Source: Bacteroidota bacterium (GTDB lineage Bacteria; Bacteroidota; Bacteroidia; AKYH767-A; 2013-40CM-41-45). From it: a stretch of 64,000 nt of DNA. Numbering within the stretch: the first letter of the stretch is position 1; each line of letters begins with the position of its first letter. Of the stretch, positions 28,276 to 38,796 are shown one piece after another. The stretch lies in the NCBI GenBank assembly GCA_003389385.1, contig QQVM01000009.1, forward strand, positions 66,590-130,589, read 5' to 3'. The position numbers and the translations under genes are program-made. The notes under the pieces were generated by a model, which had not been told where the DNA came from, searched no databases, and saw nothing but the letters and a program-made list of their open reading frames with translations.

Positions 28276-29334
28276 ATGGTGATTTTCGCAGGTCTCATAC
28301 TTTTACTGATAGCAGGACTATTTACCAGTCCCCGTTGGGAGCTTTTTTATCATGGAAAAGGATTCACCAGGCTCTCCGAAAATCCTTTTGATTTCAGTGA
28401 CGGAAATCCATTGCGTTACCGGATTCTTTCCCCTTTGATAGCCTATGTTACTTTTCTTAAAGGTCCCTTGATGAAATATCTTATGTTGGGAATACTTGGT
28501 TTGTTTCTTGGCCTGGTTTATTCTTTTCACAGAAAGAAAAATTTCATGCCTGCCGAAAGTTTCGGAATCGCGCTTTTGCTTTCCCTCACAAGTCTTACAT
28601 TTTTCCAGTTTCATTTTCCGGCATATAACGATCCTTTGTCTTATGTGCTGATAATGCAATTTCTGATGCGACCGGTTAACATTACCGGCGCTATTGTAAT
28701 TCTTTCACTCATGTTGTTTAATCATGAAAACCTGATTTTTTTATTTCCTTTTTTATTCATGTACAGGTTGTGGTGTAAGGAATCTCATGTTACAATACGT
28801 CAGAATATTTTAGTATTTGTGGCATCTCTCATTCCTTATGCAGCATACAGGTTCGTTCTGAACCAATATGCCAAAGTGGATTTTGACTCTTCTTATTATT
28901 TTCAGGCATCAAACATTGAATGGACTTTGGATCATGTGTCGGAATGGTTCGGAGAAGGTGTTTTTCAGGCGCTCCGCCTGGCTTGGCTTTTACCATTAGC
29001 AGCAATTGCAATAGGACTTGCAAGGAAGAACTATAAAGACATGGCGATGATTTCAGTATGCATTGTTTTTGTATTAAGCCAGATGTTGATTGCTTTTGAT
29101 ATTTCCCGGCTCAGTGCGCTAGCATTTCCTGCTGTGTTAATCGGAGCACAACGAGTGCGTGAGACTTTCGGCAGTAAAAATTTTTTGAACATGCTTTTTC
29201 TGCTCATTATTATGCAAATGCTTATCCCTTCAAAATGCATAGGAGCCTTGGAACCTATCCCGCTTCCGCCGTTCTGGTGGGATGATTTTCAAAGCATCAT
29301 CAAAGATTTTTTTATTCGCTACGAGACCGTATGA
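28276..29334 (+). CDS. Hypothetical polytopic membrane protein
   Basis: Start taken at MVIFAGLILL (ATG at 28276; the track ORF begins at a TTG at 28192). About 9-10 hydrophobic segments. Its 3' end overlaps the convergent methyltransferase gene by 16 nt. Confidence 0.65.
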   Translation: MVIFAGLILLLIAGLFTSPRWELFYHGKGFTRLSENPFDFSDGNPLRYRILSPLIAYVTFLKGPLMKYLMLGILGLFLGLVYSFHRKKNFMPAESFGIALLLSLTSLTFFQFHFPAYNDPLSYVLIMQFLMRPVNITGAIVILSLMLFNHENLIFLFPFLFMYRLWCKESHVTIRQNILVFVASLIPYAAYRFVLNQYAKVDFDSSYYFQASNIEWTLDHVSEWFGEGVFQALRLAWLLPLAAIAIGLARKNYKDMAMISVCIVFVLSQMLIAFDISRLSALAFPAVLIGAQRVRETFGSKNFLNMLFLLIIMQMLIPSKCIGALEPIPLPPFWWDDFQSIIKDFFIRYETV

Positions 29335-30224
29335 TGCGGATTATCTGAAAGAGGCAAGAATTCAACAGTGATTTCCTCGTTGCCCAGAAAATACCAGAAG
29401 CGAAATATTATTGAAAAAATACGAATTACAGTTTTTTGAAGAAATGCCGGCCCTTCATTCTTATTTTTAAATCGGAAGAGATTAATGAAATTCAGCAGGA
29501 TCATTAGGCTGTCTCCGCCTTTATAGGAAACGGAACGAAGCTCGTATCCGCTTCTCTTTGCCAGTGCTGATAAGGAAGACCGGTTGAAGTGATTGACGTG
29601 CACCGGCACCTGCCACCATCCCCAGAATCTTCCGAACAAACGGGCCTGCATCGAATTCGAATTGGGAACCAGAATAATTACACGGCCACCTTCTTTCAAT
29701 CGTTCCTTGAGTTTGGTTAAGACTTCAAAAGGATCGCTCAGATGTTCCAGCACATGAGAAATGATAATGACATCGTATTTTCCTTTGTCATTCTGCGTAA
29801 AACTTTCTGCGCTCATATTCTCGACATCAAGACCCTTACTCTTACAATATCGGACTGCATCTGTGCCGATGTCTATGCCTTTCACCGAATAATCTTCTTT
29901 CAGCAATTCAATTAGGTATCCGAACATGCAGCCAATCTCCATAATGTTGAAATCGCGGTTATTCGAAAATAATTTTCTGACTTTTTTTGCAAGACCTCGT
30001 GCGCGAAGTTTTTTCTCTCCCAATACCAACAAGTGCACCGGATACAGATAAGTTGTAGAATATATTTTCTGAAGTTCACTATCACTTAGTATGGGTGATG
30101 AAATCAGATTGCCGCATGAATAACATCTTATGATGTCTGTGGGATTTTCCGAATAAACAGAATCCAGTCCTTTAAGAAACATTTCACCTTTTGTGTTTCC
30201 GCAGCAAACGCAATAGATTTCCAT
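29319..30224 (-). CDS. Class I SAM-dependent methyltransferase with N-terminal Cys4 zinc-ribbon
   Basis: Start taken at MEIYCVCCGN (ATG at 30224, 10 nt after the GT9 stop). CVCCGN...CYSCGN ribbon, SAM motif I IMEIGCMFGY, and VIIISHVLEHL. Confidence 0.8.
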   Translation of the reverse strand: MEIYCVCCGNTKGEMFLKGLDSVYSENPTDIIRCYSCGNLISSPILSDSELQKIYSTTYLYPVHLLVLGEKKLRARGLAKKVRKLFSNNRDFNIMEIGCMFGYLIELLKEDYSVKGIDIGTDAVRYCKSKGLDVENMSAESFTQNDKGKYDVIIISHVLEHLSDPFEVLTKLKERLKEGGRVIILVPNSNSMQARLFGRFWGWWQVPVHVNHFNRSSLSALAKRSGYELRSVSYKGGDSLMILLNFINLFRFKNKNEGPAFLQKTVIRIFSIIFRFWYFLGNEEITVEFLPLSDNPHHTVS

Positions 30225-30234
30225 TATAATTTTC

Positions 30235-31497
30235 TTATCTCTGAACGATTCCGGGGATTGTTTCTCCATTGCGTGCAATGTAACGTGTGGTTTGTTCCAC
30301 AAGATGTGATGGTTTGACTTCTTCCCCTTTGAGAAGTGCCTTGCATAAATCAAATACTTCCGATGTCTCAATGAGTTTCATGCATATATTGTCTCCTTTG
30401 CAGGGAGGAGTCAGAAAGTCATGTACGCAGGGAGAGCAATATATTTTCTTGTAAACACCATATGCGTAGGGATTGTTGCCATATTGTCCCGGTGATGCAG
30501 GCCCGAACAAACAAACAGTTTTCTTTTTCAGTGAAAAAGATATGTGCATCGGTCCGGTGTCATTGGTGATTGTCAGGGTTGCCGAACTAATCAATGCAAT
30601 GAGCTGGCCAAGACTTAATTCACCTGCCGAATTCCATAAGCGTCCGGAAAATTCGGGACGAACCATTTTCTGTAATTGGCTCACCCATTCTTTTTCGCTC
30701 TTAATTCCGATGAGAACAAAATTCAACTCACTGAATTCAGATGCTAACTGATTGATCACTTGTGAAAATTTATCAAGAGGCCACCTTCTCTCAACCCTCA
30801 GATCGGAAGCGTTAGGGTTTATAATTAGGTAAGCTGATTTTTCTTTGTCGAAGTTTTGTTCAAGCTTAGTCTTCACAAATTCAATATCAGGTTCGTATGC
30901 CCTGAATGGATAAAGGATGTCGTTGCTTTCCCCGCATCCGGCAAGCCGTGCCATTTGCAGATATGATTGTGCAATTGGTGTGCCTGAATTGAAAAACATC
31001 ATATGAGTATAGACTCCCAATCTTATATTTCTTTCCACACGGTAGAAGCCCAGACGGTTGCGCGATAAACTTAAAGTGGAAAGTATGGTGCTGAAGTAAG
31101 AGTAAGTTTCCAGGTCGATGTATAGGTCAGCCTTCCCCTTCCAGAGTTTAAAAAGTGCTGAAATGCTCGTGCGAATAACATTTAAAATTCCTTTGTCATC
31201 TATGCAAATCACTTCGTCCACTACATCGATTTTTTCAAGCAACGTTTTGTTTGAAGCTGAAGTGATGAAGCTAAGCTTCGCATCAGGGAAATTCCTTTTA
31301 AGTGTTTGCAGTAATGGGGTAGCTTGTATGATGCTCCCCATTCCCAGGAATTTGCACACTACAATTTTACGCGGTGATTTGCTGAAGGTATGATCAATCG
31401 ACAACAGACGGCCAAGGATCCGTGCAAGGATATTCAAAGCGAAAACAACTGCTCTCCCTGCCCATTCATCCAGAATTATTTTAGTCCTGGTTTTCAT
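30235..31497 (-). CDS. Glycosyltransferase family 9 (heptosyltransferase-like)
   Basis: 420 aa. KIVVCKFLGMGSIIQATPLLQTLKRNFPDAKLSFIT and TNDTGPMHI are typical of GT9. Confidence 0.8.
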   Translation of the reverse strand: MKTRTKIILDEWAGRAVVFALNILARILGRLLSIDHTFSKSPRKIVVCKFLGMGSIIQATPLLQTLKRNFPDAKLSFITSASNKTLLEKIDVVDEVICIDDKGILNVIRTSISALFKLWKGKADLYIDLETYSYFSTILSTLSLSRNRLGFYRVERNIRLGVYTHMMFFNSGTPIAQSYLQMARLAGCGESNDILYPFRAYEPDIEFVKTKLEQNFDKEKSAYLIINPNASDLRVERRWPLDKFSQVINQLASEFSELNFVLIGIKSEKEWVSQLQKMVRPEFSGRLWNSAGELSLGQLIALISSATLTITNDTGPMHISFSLKKKTVCLFGPASPGQYGNNPYAYGVYKKIYCSPCVHDFLTPPCKGDNICMKLIETSEVFDLCKALLKGEEVKPSHLVEQTTRYIARNGETIPGIVQR

Positions 31498-31499
31498 CC

Positions 31500-34400
31500 T
31501 TAATCCCCGCTGAGAAGTTCGATTTTCTTAATTTCGATATCCGAACTAATCGGATAGAGTGATAGCCAGTCGTTTGATGAGTTCCACCAGTTGAACTGTG
31601 TACTGATTCTGATTTTATATTTCTTAAGATCTGGCTCTGAAGAAATGTTGAATGAAAATCCTCCGTTCTTTTTTTCGCTTTTGCCGTAATTCATGATCAC
31701 ATCAGTGTTTGATCCCTGCGCAGCTTTGGCGGTGATTAAAATGTAATTTCCCTCAGACTTGTCAGGGTTTTCAGGTAAGCGGAATCGTATCTCATGACCG
31801 GCTTTGACATTCAGAGCATTATCGACTATAACATTCAGAACTTTAGATTTGGAAGCAAGATTTTCATCATCATAATTGCCCCAGTAGAATGGAATCTTCT
31901 TCAGGTTGAAATCAACTGGTTGGAATGAAAAATAATCTCTAGGTAAATCTTCGCCAATAACTTTTAATGATAGAAATCTGATTTGATTGTTCTCTTGCAG
32001 ACGCAACTCGATTTCTTCCATTATATTTTCACCGGATTCCCTTTCAATCATTACGAAAAGATTATTCAGGCCGCTTGAAAACCTCATTTCTGTTTTTTGA
32101 TATACCTTTTCTTCGGACTTTCTTAAGGCGGTGATCACAGTCATGCTTCCCTGGTGCTCTGCTGCAAAATCAATTAGAATACAGTAACTCTTTTCATCCT
32201 TTAGATGAATGGGGGATTTCAATATTCCCTTTACTAATGATTCTCCATTGGGAATTGTTACAATATTACTGTCTTTACGCACAGCATTTGAAATTTCAAG
32301 CTCGCTAATATCCTTGATGGATGCAATCTCTTCGACCTCACCTCTGTTGATCTTCGCATCCTTCTTCACCCATATAGTATGCTTATTCAAAATTGTTTCA
32401 GGTCTGTAGTTTCTATAAATATATTCGGCAATTCTGTAATGTCTGACTGAATTCGGGATTCCGTCAAGTGCATCCCAATAAGTGTATGGCACATTGGAAA
32501 ATGCCACAACCGGAATGTCGTAAGCATGAAAATTATCCAGCAATTTATTCTGCATCTTTTCATTGTGAGCAGTATGAGGCAACTGGCAGAAATAATCCGG
32601 TACAATCCTGCTGGTGTAATGGTACAGCATGGGAGTGTTGCTGAAATCCAGAAAAGTGGAAGTAGCCGGAATGTTTAAGTTCAGAAATTTCTTCAGTGCA
32701 TCGAAGCCTCCATGCGTTTCTATGCCGGTATCTGTGATGCGTTCAAAAGATTCGCTGCCTGCTTTGTGAAATTCAGGAGATCTCATGCCGGCCACAGCCA
32801 AACTATATGTCGATTTTCGTGAAAAGTCAGGAGTGTTGTACTTGTAGTTCACCACGACCAATGTTGCAGCAAGTAAGAAGTAGAATGAAAGCAATGGACT
32901 TTTACTTTGCAGACGAGGATGATAAAGAACACTGGCCGCGATGATGAAGAATCCGAATGAAGTCAGTGCAGTATCCCAGTTCTCTGCCAGAGTATGCCTT
33001 ACCAAACCGCGTTGGAAGTTGGCTATGAAGAATAAAGACATGAATAAAATAGTCACTGACAGATGTAAATGTTCTGCTCGTACAAAATGATTTTTTCGGA
33101 TACGAAGGAAAGCGTAAACTCCCGCTAATATCACCGCCATTGGCATGAAAAAGTAAAGCGAAAAATAGCGAATGTCTTTACCGTGGGCGAGATCCCGCAA
33201 TCCATACGACTGAGCTGAAGAAACGTATCCCAAGGCTTCGCTAAATCTGGACAACACTTCTCCCTGTCGCAGCATCAGTGCCGCTGAAAATGCAAGCAAC
33301 AAAGGGATGGCTATAAACATAAATCCCTTAATAAGATTTCTGAAATTAACTTTAAATCTTTCGCTTGCATATGCCAGAAGAATAAAGCATAGGCCGGAGG
33401 CAATCAGATTTGCAGCACCAAGATCAAGGCGCCAGAAGATCATGAATATTACAGAAAGAAAAAACAGGACGTAGTTCTTTACACTCTGCTTTTCAGTAAG
33501 ACTTAGGAGTGCGAGAATGCTGAGTGGAATAAGGTTATAATAATTAGGAAATATAAAATCAGTATATGGATAGCATACCGATATGAAAAACGCCAGCCCG
33601 ATGCTTTTTGTGATTCTGAATACAAGCTTGTAAATCAGAAGCACAACTGTAACTGGTATTATGAAGTTATAGACAAATCCGCCAAGTGGGTGATATCCAT
33701 TTAGCATTGCATATAAAAATCCTGTCAGGAAATCTTGCAGAGCATGAGATGCAAAAGAATCAATGAATGGAATTTTTCCGAACTCAAAATATTGCATCAC
33801 CGGGAGCACTCTGTTCGCATCTTCAAACAAATCGGGATTTACACTGATTGTGGGCTTGTAAAATGCCATCAGGGCAATGCCTGCACTGATAATCGCCAAC
33901 CATTCTGAAAGAATGTTATTGCCTGAGAACGGTTTTTGTTTAGCTATGTGCCTGTATCTGAAGAAGGCCCATATTAATATAAGTCCAAGCAGGAGCAAAT
34001 AAAAAAAGAGCGGTTTGATGTGTCTGTCTGCAGCCTGATTAAAAATCAAAGAAATTTCCGTAGCTAAAACAAGAGAAGCTGGGATGAATGCGAGCGGTAA
34101 GCTGAAAAGCGCCAGACGATTCAGAACCTCATTCTCATCAACAAGAGCAGGAGCCTTTTTCCTGATGAAGAAAAGTATCATAATTACATAAACGCAAAAC
34201 AACATCCATAATGGGAAGCGGATTTCAGCCCCGGAAAGACTGATTACATGATACGGAATAAAAGATACAGAATAAGAAACAGCAAGGGTCCAGATAAAAA
34301 GCTTCAGGAAAGTTTCCTGGTTCAGCAATTCATTGTCTGTTCTGAACAGGAAATTTCCACTAATGGCGGCAATTTGCACGGCAATGATCATTTTAATTAG

Positions 34401-34769
34401 ATCCGACACATCAGTCCCCAGCATATGGAAAAAGAGCAGGACAAATCCTGCCATGGCTGTTCCGTTAAGGATTTGGAGCACATCTCTTCTTAAAAAATCT
34501 TGAATTCTGACTGTAAGCTGAAATAAAATTCCGCCGGCGCTTAAAATAAAAAGCAATATCTTATAAAACTGGGAACTTCTCTTAGTGACGTCAATTCCTT
34601 CCGCGCTCGCAAGTGAGATTGGTCGTTCAGCGAAATGCTCCAGGTTAAAACCTGTGTCATTAAAGAATGCAAAGGCAAGATAGAGGGTAAAAAAGAGCGG
34701 GATGAACAAGTAGTCTCTCAATGGAGCTTTATCCTGCGGGATGTTCAAATGCTGATGAGTATTGTTCAT
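31500..34769 (-). CDS. Large polytopic membrane protein with about 450-aa C-terminal soluble domain, function unknown
   Basis: 1089 aa. Roughly 20 hydrophobic segments lie in the first ~640 aa, followed by a hydrophilic beta-rich tail. Its stop is 2 nt before the GT9 start. Confidence 0.75.
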   Translation of the reverse strand: MNNTHQHLNIPQDKAPLRDYLFIPLFFTLYLAFAFFNDTGFNLEHFAERPISLASAEGIDVTKRSSQFYKILLFILSAGGILFQLTVRIQDFLRRDVLQILNGTAMAGFVLLFFHMLGTDVSDLIKMIIAVQIAAISGNFLFRTDNELLNQETFLKLFIWTLAVSYSVSFIPYHVISLSGAEIRFPLWMLFCVYVIMILFFIRKKAPALVDENEVLNRLALFSLPLAFIPASLVLATEISLIFNQAADRHIKPLFFYLLLLGLILIWAFFRYRHIAKQKPFSGNNILSEWLAIISAGIALMAFYKPTISVNPDLFEDANRVLPVMQYFEFGKIPFIDSFASHALQDFLTGFLYAMLNGYHPLGGFVYNFIIPVTVVLLIYKLVFRITKSIGLAFFISVCYPYTDFIFPNYYNLIPLSILALLSLTEKQSVKNYVLFFLSVIFMIFWRLDLGAANLIASGLCFILLAYASERFKVNFRNLIKGFMFIAIPLLLAFSAALMLRQGEVLSRFSEALGYVSSAQSYGLRDLAHGKDIRYFSLYFFMPMAVILAGVYAFLRIRKNHFVRAEHLHLSVTILFMSLFFIANFQRGLVRHTLAENWDTALTSFGFFIIAASVLYHPRLQSKSPLLSFYFLLAATLVVVNYKYNTPDFSRKSTYSLAVAGMRSPEFHKAGSESFERITDTGIETHGGFDALKKFLNLNIPATSTFLDFSNTPMLYHYTSRIVPDYFCQLPHTAHNEKMQNKLLDNFHAYDIPVVAFSNVPYTYWDALDGIPNSVRHYRIAEYIYRNYRPETILNKHTIWVKKDAKINRGEVEEIASIKDISELEISNAVRKDSNIVTIPNGESLVKGILKSPIHLKDEKSYCILIDFAAEHQGSMTVITALRKSEEKVYQKTEMRFSSGLNNLFVMIERESGENIMEEIELRLQENNQIRFLSLKVIGEDLPRDYFSFQPVDFNLKKIPFYWGNYDDENLASKSKVLNVIVDNALNVKAGHEIRFRLPENPDKSEGNYILITAKAAQGSNTDVIMNYGKSEKKNGGFSFNISSEPDLKKYKIRISTQFNWWNSSNDWLSLYPISSDIEIKKIELLSGD

Positions 34770-34980
34770 GAAGTCTGAATCGGCTTCTGTCCGGCGCTTA
34801 AAAGTATAAAAAACCTATGCGCACTGGAATTATTTATTCAGAGGAATTGATTGCTACATTGTGGAAAAATCATCCGTTTCTCTGATGTTCTTTGTTGGGA
34901 GTCTTGCTCTTTTTCATGAGGATCCGGGATCTAATTAATGGTTCTTCCTTTCAGGATTTACTCATGATAGGGCTTTTATT

Positions 34981-34988
34981 TACATTTG
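34981..34988 (+). promoter_or_regulatory. Candidate -7 box TAcaTTTG
   Basis: Ends 8 nt before the ATG at 34997, implying a very short leader. Confidence 0.35.
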
Positions 34989-34996
34989 TATCAGAT

Positions 34997-35950
34997 ATGA
35001 AAGAACACATTTTAGTAATAGGTGCAAACGGACAGATTGGCGGAGAATTGGTTGAGGAGCTTAGAAAAATTCACGGCTCTTCATATGTGATAGCTACAGA
35101 CATTAAAGATGCCGGAGCTGAGTTGAAATCCGGCGGTCCTTTTCGTCAGTTGGACGTACTGGATCATGCCAGTGTTTTTGAACTTATTAAAGAAAACAAG
35201 GTCCGTGAAGTTTACCTTTTGGCAGCGCTCTTGTCTGCTACAGCCGAAAGTAAAATCCGCTCTGCCTGGAAACTGAACATGGAAGGTCTGTTCGGATTGC
35301 TGGAAATGGCTAGGCAGGAAAACTTCAAACTATTCTGGCCAAGTTCCATTGCCGTGTTCGGACCCGGTACACCAAGGCAAAATACCCCCCAGCACACAAT
35401 CACTGAACCAAGCACCGTTTATGGCATCAGCAAATTGGCCGGGGAGAGATGGTGCGAGTATTATCATAAAATGTTTGGAACTGATGTCAGAAGCATCAGA
35501 TATCCCGGTTTAATAGGTTATAAAACCGAGCCAGGAGGAGGCACTACGGATTATGCCGTAAGTATCTTCCATAATGCCATCAGGAATAAGCAATATGAGT
35601 GTTACTTATCTGCCGGCACAGCGCTTCCCATGATGTATATGCCGGATGCAATCAGAGCTACATTGGAACTTATGAATGCCGATAGTTCGAAGCTGAGTAT
35701 CAGATCAAGTTACAACATCGACGGGATGAGCTTTACTCCGGAACAAATCGCAGGAGAAATTAAATTGCTCATGCCGGATTTTCGAATTAGCTACAAGCCT
35801 GATATCCGTCAGCAATACGCTGATTCATGGCCTCAAAGCATTGACGGATCAGTTGCAAGAAATGACTGGGGATGGACTCCGCGTTATGACATCAAAAGCA
35901 TGTGCAAAGAGATGTTCCAGGGAGTTCAGCAACTAATCACTTCCCATTAA
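34997..35950 (+). CDS. NAD-dependent epimerase/dehydratase-family protein, probable SDR-type L-threonine 3-dehydrogenase
   Basis: Start taken at MKEHILVIGANGQIGGEL (ATG at 34997). Rossmann motif GANGQIG, catalytic YGISK. A TAcaTTTG box at 34981-34988 ends 8 nt before the ATG. Confidence 0.75.
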   Translation: MKEHILVIGANGQIGGELVEELRKIHGSSYVIATDIKDAGAELKSGGPFRQLDVLDHASVFELIKENKVREVYLLAALLSATAESKIRSAWKLNMEGLFGLLEMARQENFKLFWPSSIAVFGPGTPRQNTPQHTITEPSTVYGISKLAGERWCEYYHKMFGTDVRSIRYPGLIGYKTEPGGGTTDYAVSIFHNAIRNKQYECYLSAGTALPMMYMPDAIRATLELMNADSSKLSIRSSYNIDGMSFTPEQIAGEIKLLMPDFRISYKPDIRQQYADSWPQSIDGSVARNDWGWTPRYDIKSMCKEMFQGVQQLITSH

Positions 35951-36029
35951 GAGCGAATCAGCAGAAGAAATTATGCCAAACGGAGTTCATTGCAATCTTG
36001 AGCCATCAGTAAAATATTTTTAATAAGTA

Positions 36030-37514
36030 ATGAAAGCTGTACGAGATATATATATCACCAATTCGCTTACAAGGAACAAGGAAAAATTCGAGCCACTTGT
36101 ACCCGGATTCGTTGGACTTTACGTATGCGGACCGACCGTGTACGGACCGCCGCACCTTGGTCATGCAAGACCTTACATCACATTTGATGTGGTGTGCAGG
36201 TTCTTTTCTCACCTTGGTTACCGTGTAAGATATGTGCGTAACATCACAGATGTTGGACACCTGGAGAACGATGCGGATGAGGGTGAGGATAAAATTGCAA
36301 AGAAGGCAAGAATAGAAAAGCTTGAGCCAATGGAAGTGGTGGAATTGTACACGCGAAACTTCCATGACGCAATGGATAAGCTGAATGTTCAGCCCGTAAG
36401 CATTGAGCCGCGTGCTTCAGGCCACATCATTGAACAGATCAATATGATCGGGCAAATCATTGAGCAGGGATATGCTTACGAATCCAATGGATCGGTTTAT
36501 TTCGATGTACGTAAGTACAGCAAGCATCATGATTACGGAAAGTTAAGCGGAAGAGTAATCGATGAACTTATTGCTGGTGCAGGCAATGAAAGAAGAGAAC
36601 TGGAAGGACAGGAAGAAAAAAGAAATCCGGAGGATTTTGCTCTTTGGAAGAAAGCCGCACCTGAACACATCATGAGATGGCCATCTCCATGGAGTGAAGG
36701 ATTTCCCGGCTGGCATATCGAATGCTCAGCAATGAGCACTAAGTATTTGGGCGACACCTTTGATATTCACGGTGGTGGCATGGACCTTCTTTTTCCTCAT
36801 CATGAAAGTGAAATCGCCCAGTCAAAGGGTGCATGCGGAAAAGCACCTGTACGTTACTGGATGCACAATAACATGATTACTATCAACGGACAAAAGATGG
36901 GTAAGTCGTTGGGGAACTTCATCAATCTTGAAGAGTTGTTCAACGGCAGTCATAAACTGCTCGAGCAGGCCTATGCTCCCATGACAATACGTTTCTTTAT
37001 TCTTCAGGCACATTATCGCAGTACCCTGGATTTTTCAAATGAAGGGTTGAAAGCAGCAGAAAAAGGACTTGCCAAACTTCTCAGTGCAGGCGATTTGCTC
37101 TTGAAACTGAAGGCAGGGGATAAAAGCACAAGCAATATATCTGAAATACGTGAAGCATGCTACTTTGCGATGTCGGACGATTTCAATACTGCTGTTACCA
37201 TCGCGAATCTTTTTGAAGCATCCAGAGTGATTTACTCTGTTCATGGAGGAACAGAAAGTATCACTGAAGAAGATCTTCAGATACTGAAAAGCCTGTACCA
37301 GGACTTTGTATACGGAATACTTGGACTGAAAAAAGAAACTTCAGATCAAAGCAATGGTATGGCCGACCTGATGGACTTTCTCCTTTCTCTTCGTGCTGAA
37401 GCCAAGGCAAAAAAGGATTTTCAGACATCAGACAGGATAAGAAACGAACTCAGCGCAATGGGGTTTGTGATTAAGGATGAAAAAGACGGAAGCACCAGCT
37501 GGACAAAGAATTGA
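36030..37514 (+). CDS. cysS: Cysteine--tRNA ligase
   Basis: 494 aa. [17 protein letters not shown] (HIGH) and KMGKSLGN (KMSKS). Confidence 0.96.
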   Translation: MKAVRDIYITNSLTRNKEKFEPLVPGFVGLYVCGPTVYGPPHLGHARPYITFDVVCRFFSHLGYRVRYVRNITDVGHLENDADEGEDKIAKKARIEKLEPMEVVELYTRNFHDAMDKLNVQPVSIEPRASGHIIEQINMIGQIIEQGYAYESNGSVYFDVRKYSKHHDYGKLSGRVIDELIAGAGNERRELEGQEEKRNPEDFALWKKAAPEHIMRWPSPWSEGFPGWHIECSAMSTKYLGDTFDIHGGGMDLLFPHHESEIAQSKGACGKAPVRYWMHNNMITINGQKMGKSLGNFINLEELFNGSHKLLEQAYAPMTIRFFILQAHYRSTLDFSNEGLKAAEKGLAKLLSAGDLLLKLKAGDKSTSNISEIREACYFAMSDDFNTAVTIANLFEASRVIYSVHGGTESITEEDLQILKSLYQDFVYGILGLKKETSDQSNGMADLMDFLLSLRAEAKAKKDFQTSDRIRNELSAMGFVIKDEKDGSTSWTKN

Positions 37515-37557
37515 AATTTATATCAGGCAATCTAAGCGAACCCAATTAATTTACAAT

Positions 37558-38553
37558 ATGAAGTTTGTCGCATTTATCACAATGGCAGCAATTGCAGTTA
37601 CTTTTAACAGCTGTGGATCCGAGTCGGGAAAGAAAGATGTTCAGACTAATTCACAGGCTGAATCACATCAGCAAGTGTTGGTGCCAGAGTTTAATGCTGA
37701 CAGCGCTTATGTTTACATACAGCAACAAGTTGATTTCGGCCCGCGTGTGCCCAACTCAAAGGCACATGCGCAATGCGCCGATTTCCTGTTAAGCTATTTT
37801 CAAAAGCTCACTCCTCACGTCCAGATTCAAAACGGACAAGTTCAAACTTACGATAAGACAAAAATCAACCTGAAAAATATAATCGCTTCCTTTTCACCTG
37901 AAAAGTCAAGACGGATTTTGCTTTTCGCACACTGGGATACCAGGCCTTGGGCAGATCAGGATCCTACAGATCAAAGCAAGCCTAACTTGGGGGCTGATGA
38001 TGGCGGCAGCGGAGTTGGTGTGCTCATGGAGATTGCCCGGCACATAAGTGTCAGTGAGCCGCTCTTTGGAATTGACATTATATTATTTGATGCAGAAGAC
38101 TGGGGTAAAAAAGGCGGGGGACACGAATCGGAAGATTCATACTGTCTGGGTGCTCAGTATTGGGTGAAGAATCCGCATCTGCCTTCTTACAGTGCAGACT
38201 ATGGAATCCTCCTCGATCTGGTTGGCGGTAAAAATTCTCAATTTCGTCTCGAAGGCCACTCCATGAATTATGCTTCCTTCCTGCAACAAAAAATCTGGAA
38301 AACTGCAGTGAACATAGGCTATTCCGATTATTTTCTGTTTCAGCAGGGCGGATATGTAATAGACGATCATTATTATGTGAACCAGGCAGGAATTCCCAGT
38401 GTCAATATCATCGCAAGTTCTGCTACTACAGCCAACGGCTTTCCGAAGCACTGGCATACACATGAAGACAATATGGATGTAATTGACCGCAAAACACTCA
38501 AAGCGGTCGGTCAAACTGTATTGCATGTGATTTACAGGGAAGGGTCTATCTAA
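37558..38553 (+). CDS. M28-family glutaminyl-peptide cyclotransferase-like lipoprotein
   Basis: Start taken at MKFVAFITMAAIAVTFNSCGS (lipobox-like). FGPRVPNS, LLFAHWDTRPWADQD and GADDGGSGVGVLMEIAR are typical of bacterial M28 glutaminyl cyclases. Confidence 0.8.
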   Translation: MKFVAFITMAAIAVTFNSCGSESGKKDVQTNSQAESHQQVLVPEFNADSAYVYIQQQVDFGPRVPNSKAHAQCADFLLSYFQKLTPHVQIQNGQVQTYDKTKINLKNIIASFSPEKSRRILLFAHWDTRPWADQDPTDQSKPNLGADDGGSGVGVLMEIARHISVSEPLFGIDIILFDAEDWGKKGGGHESEDSYCLGAQYWVKNPHLPSYSADYGILLDLVGGKNSQFRLEGHSMNYASFLQQKIWKTAVNIGYSDYFLFQQGGYVIDDHYYVNQAGIPSVNIIASSATTANGFPKHWHTHEDNMDVIDRKTLKAVGQTVLHVIYREGSI

Positions 38554-38796
38554 TAGTATTCATCAGCTTTTTTGCTTTTTACTGATAGTTGTGTGTACAA
38601 GTAACAATCGTCAGAAAATCTTACATTTTTTTTGACCCCATAGTCTTCAGTTTTCTCATTAATTTGTAAGCTGTCGCTGCAATCAGCACTTTTTCAGCAT
38701 CTGCTCTTACATATGAAAGATACCGAGTTTATTCCTCGGTGAATGAAGTCACCCTCCGGTAATTTGATCGTAATAGAGGTCAAAATATATCTTGGA

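Noticed and set aside
36006-36365. 119-aa minus-strand ORF overlapping the cysS 5' end
   Set aside because: It is antisense to cysS, which has clear HIGH/KMSKS motifs, and no independent support exists.
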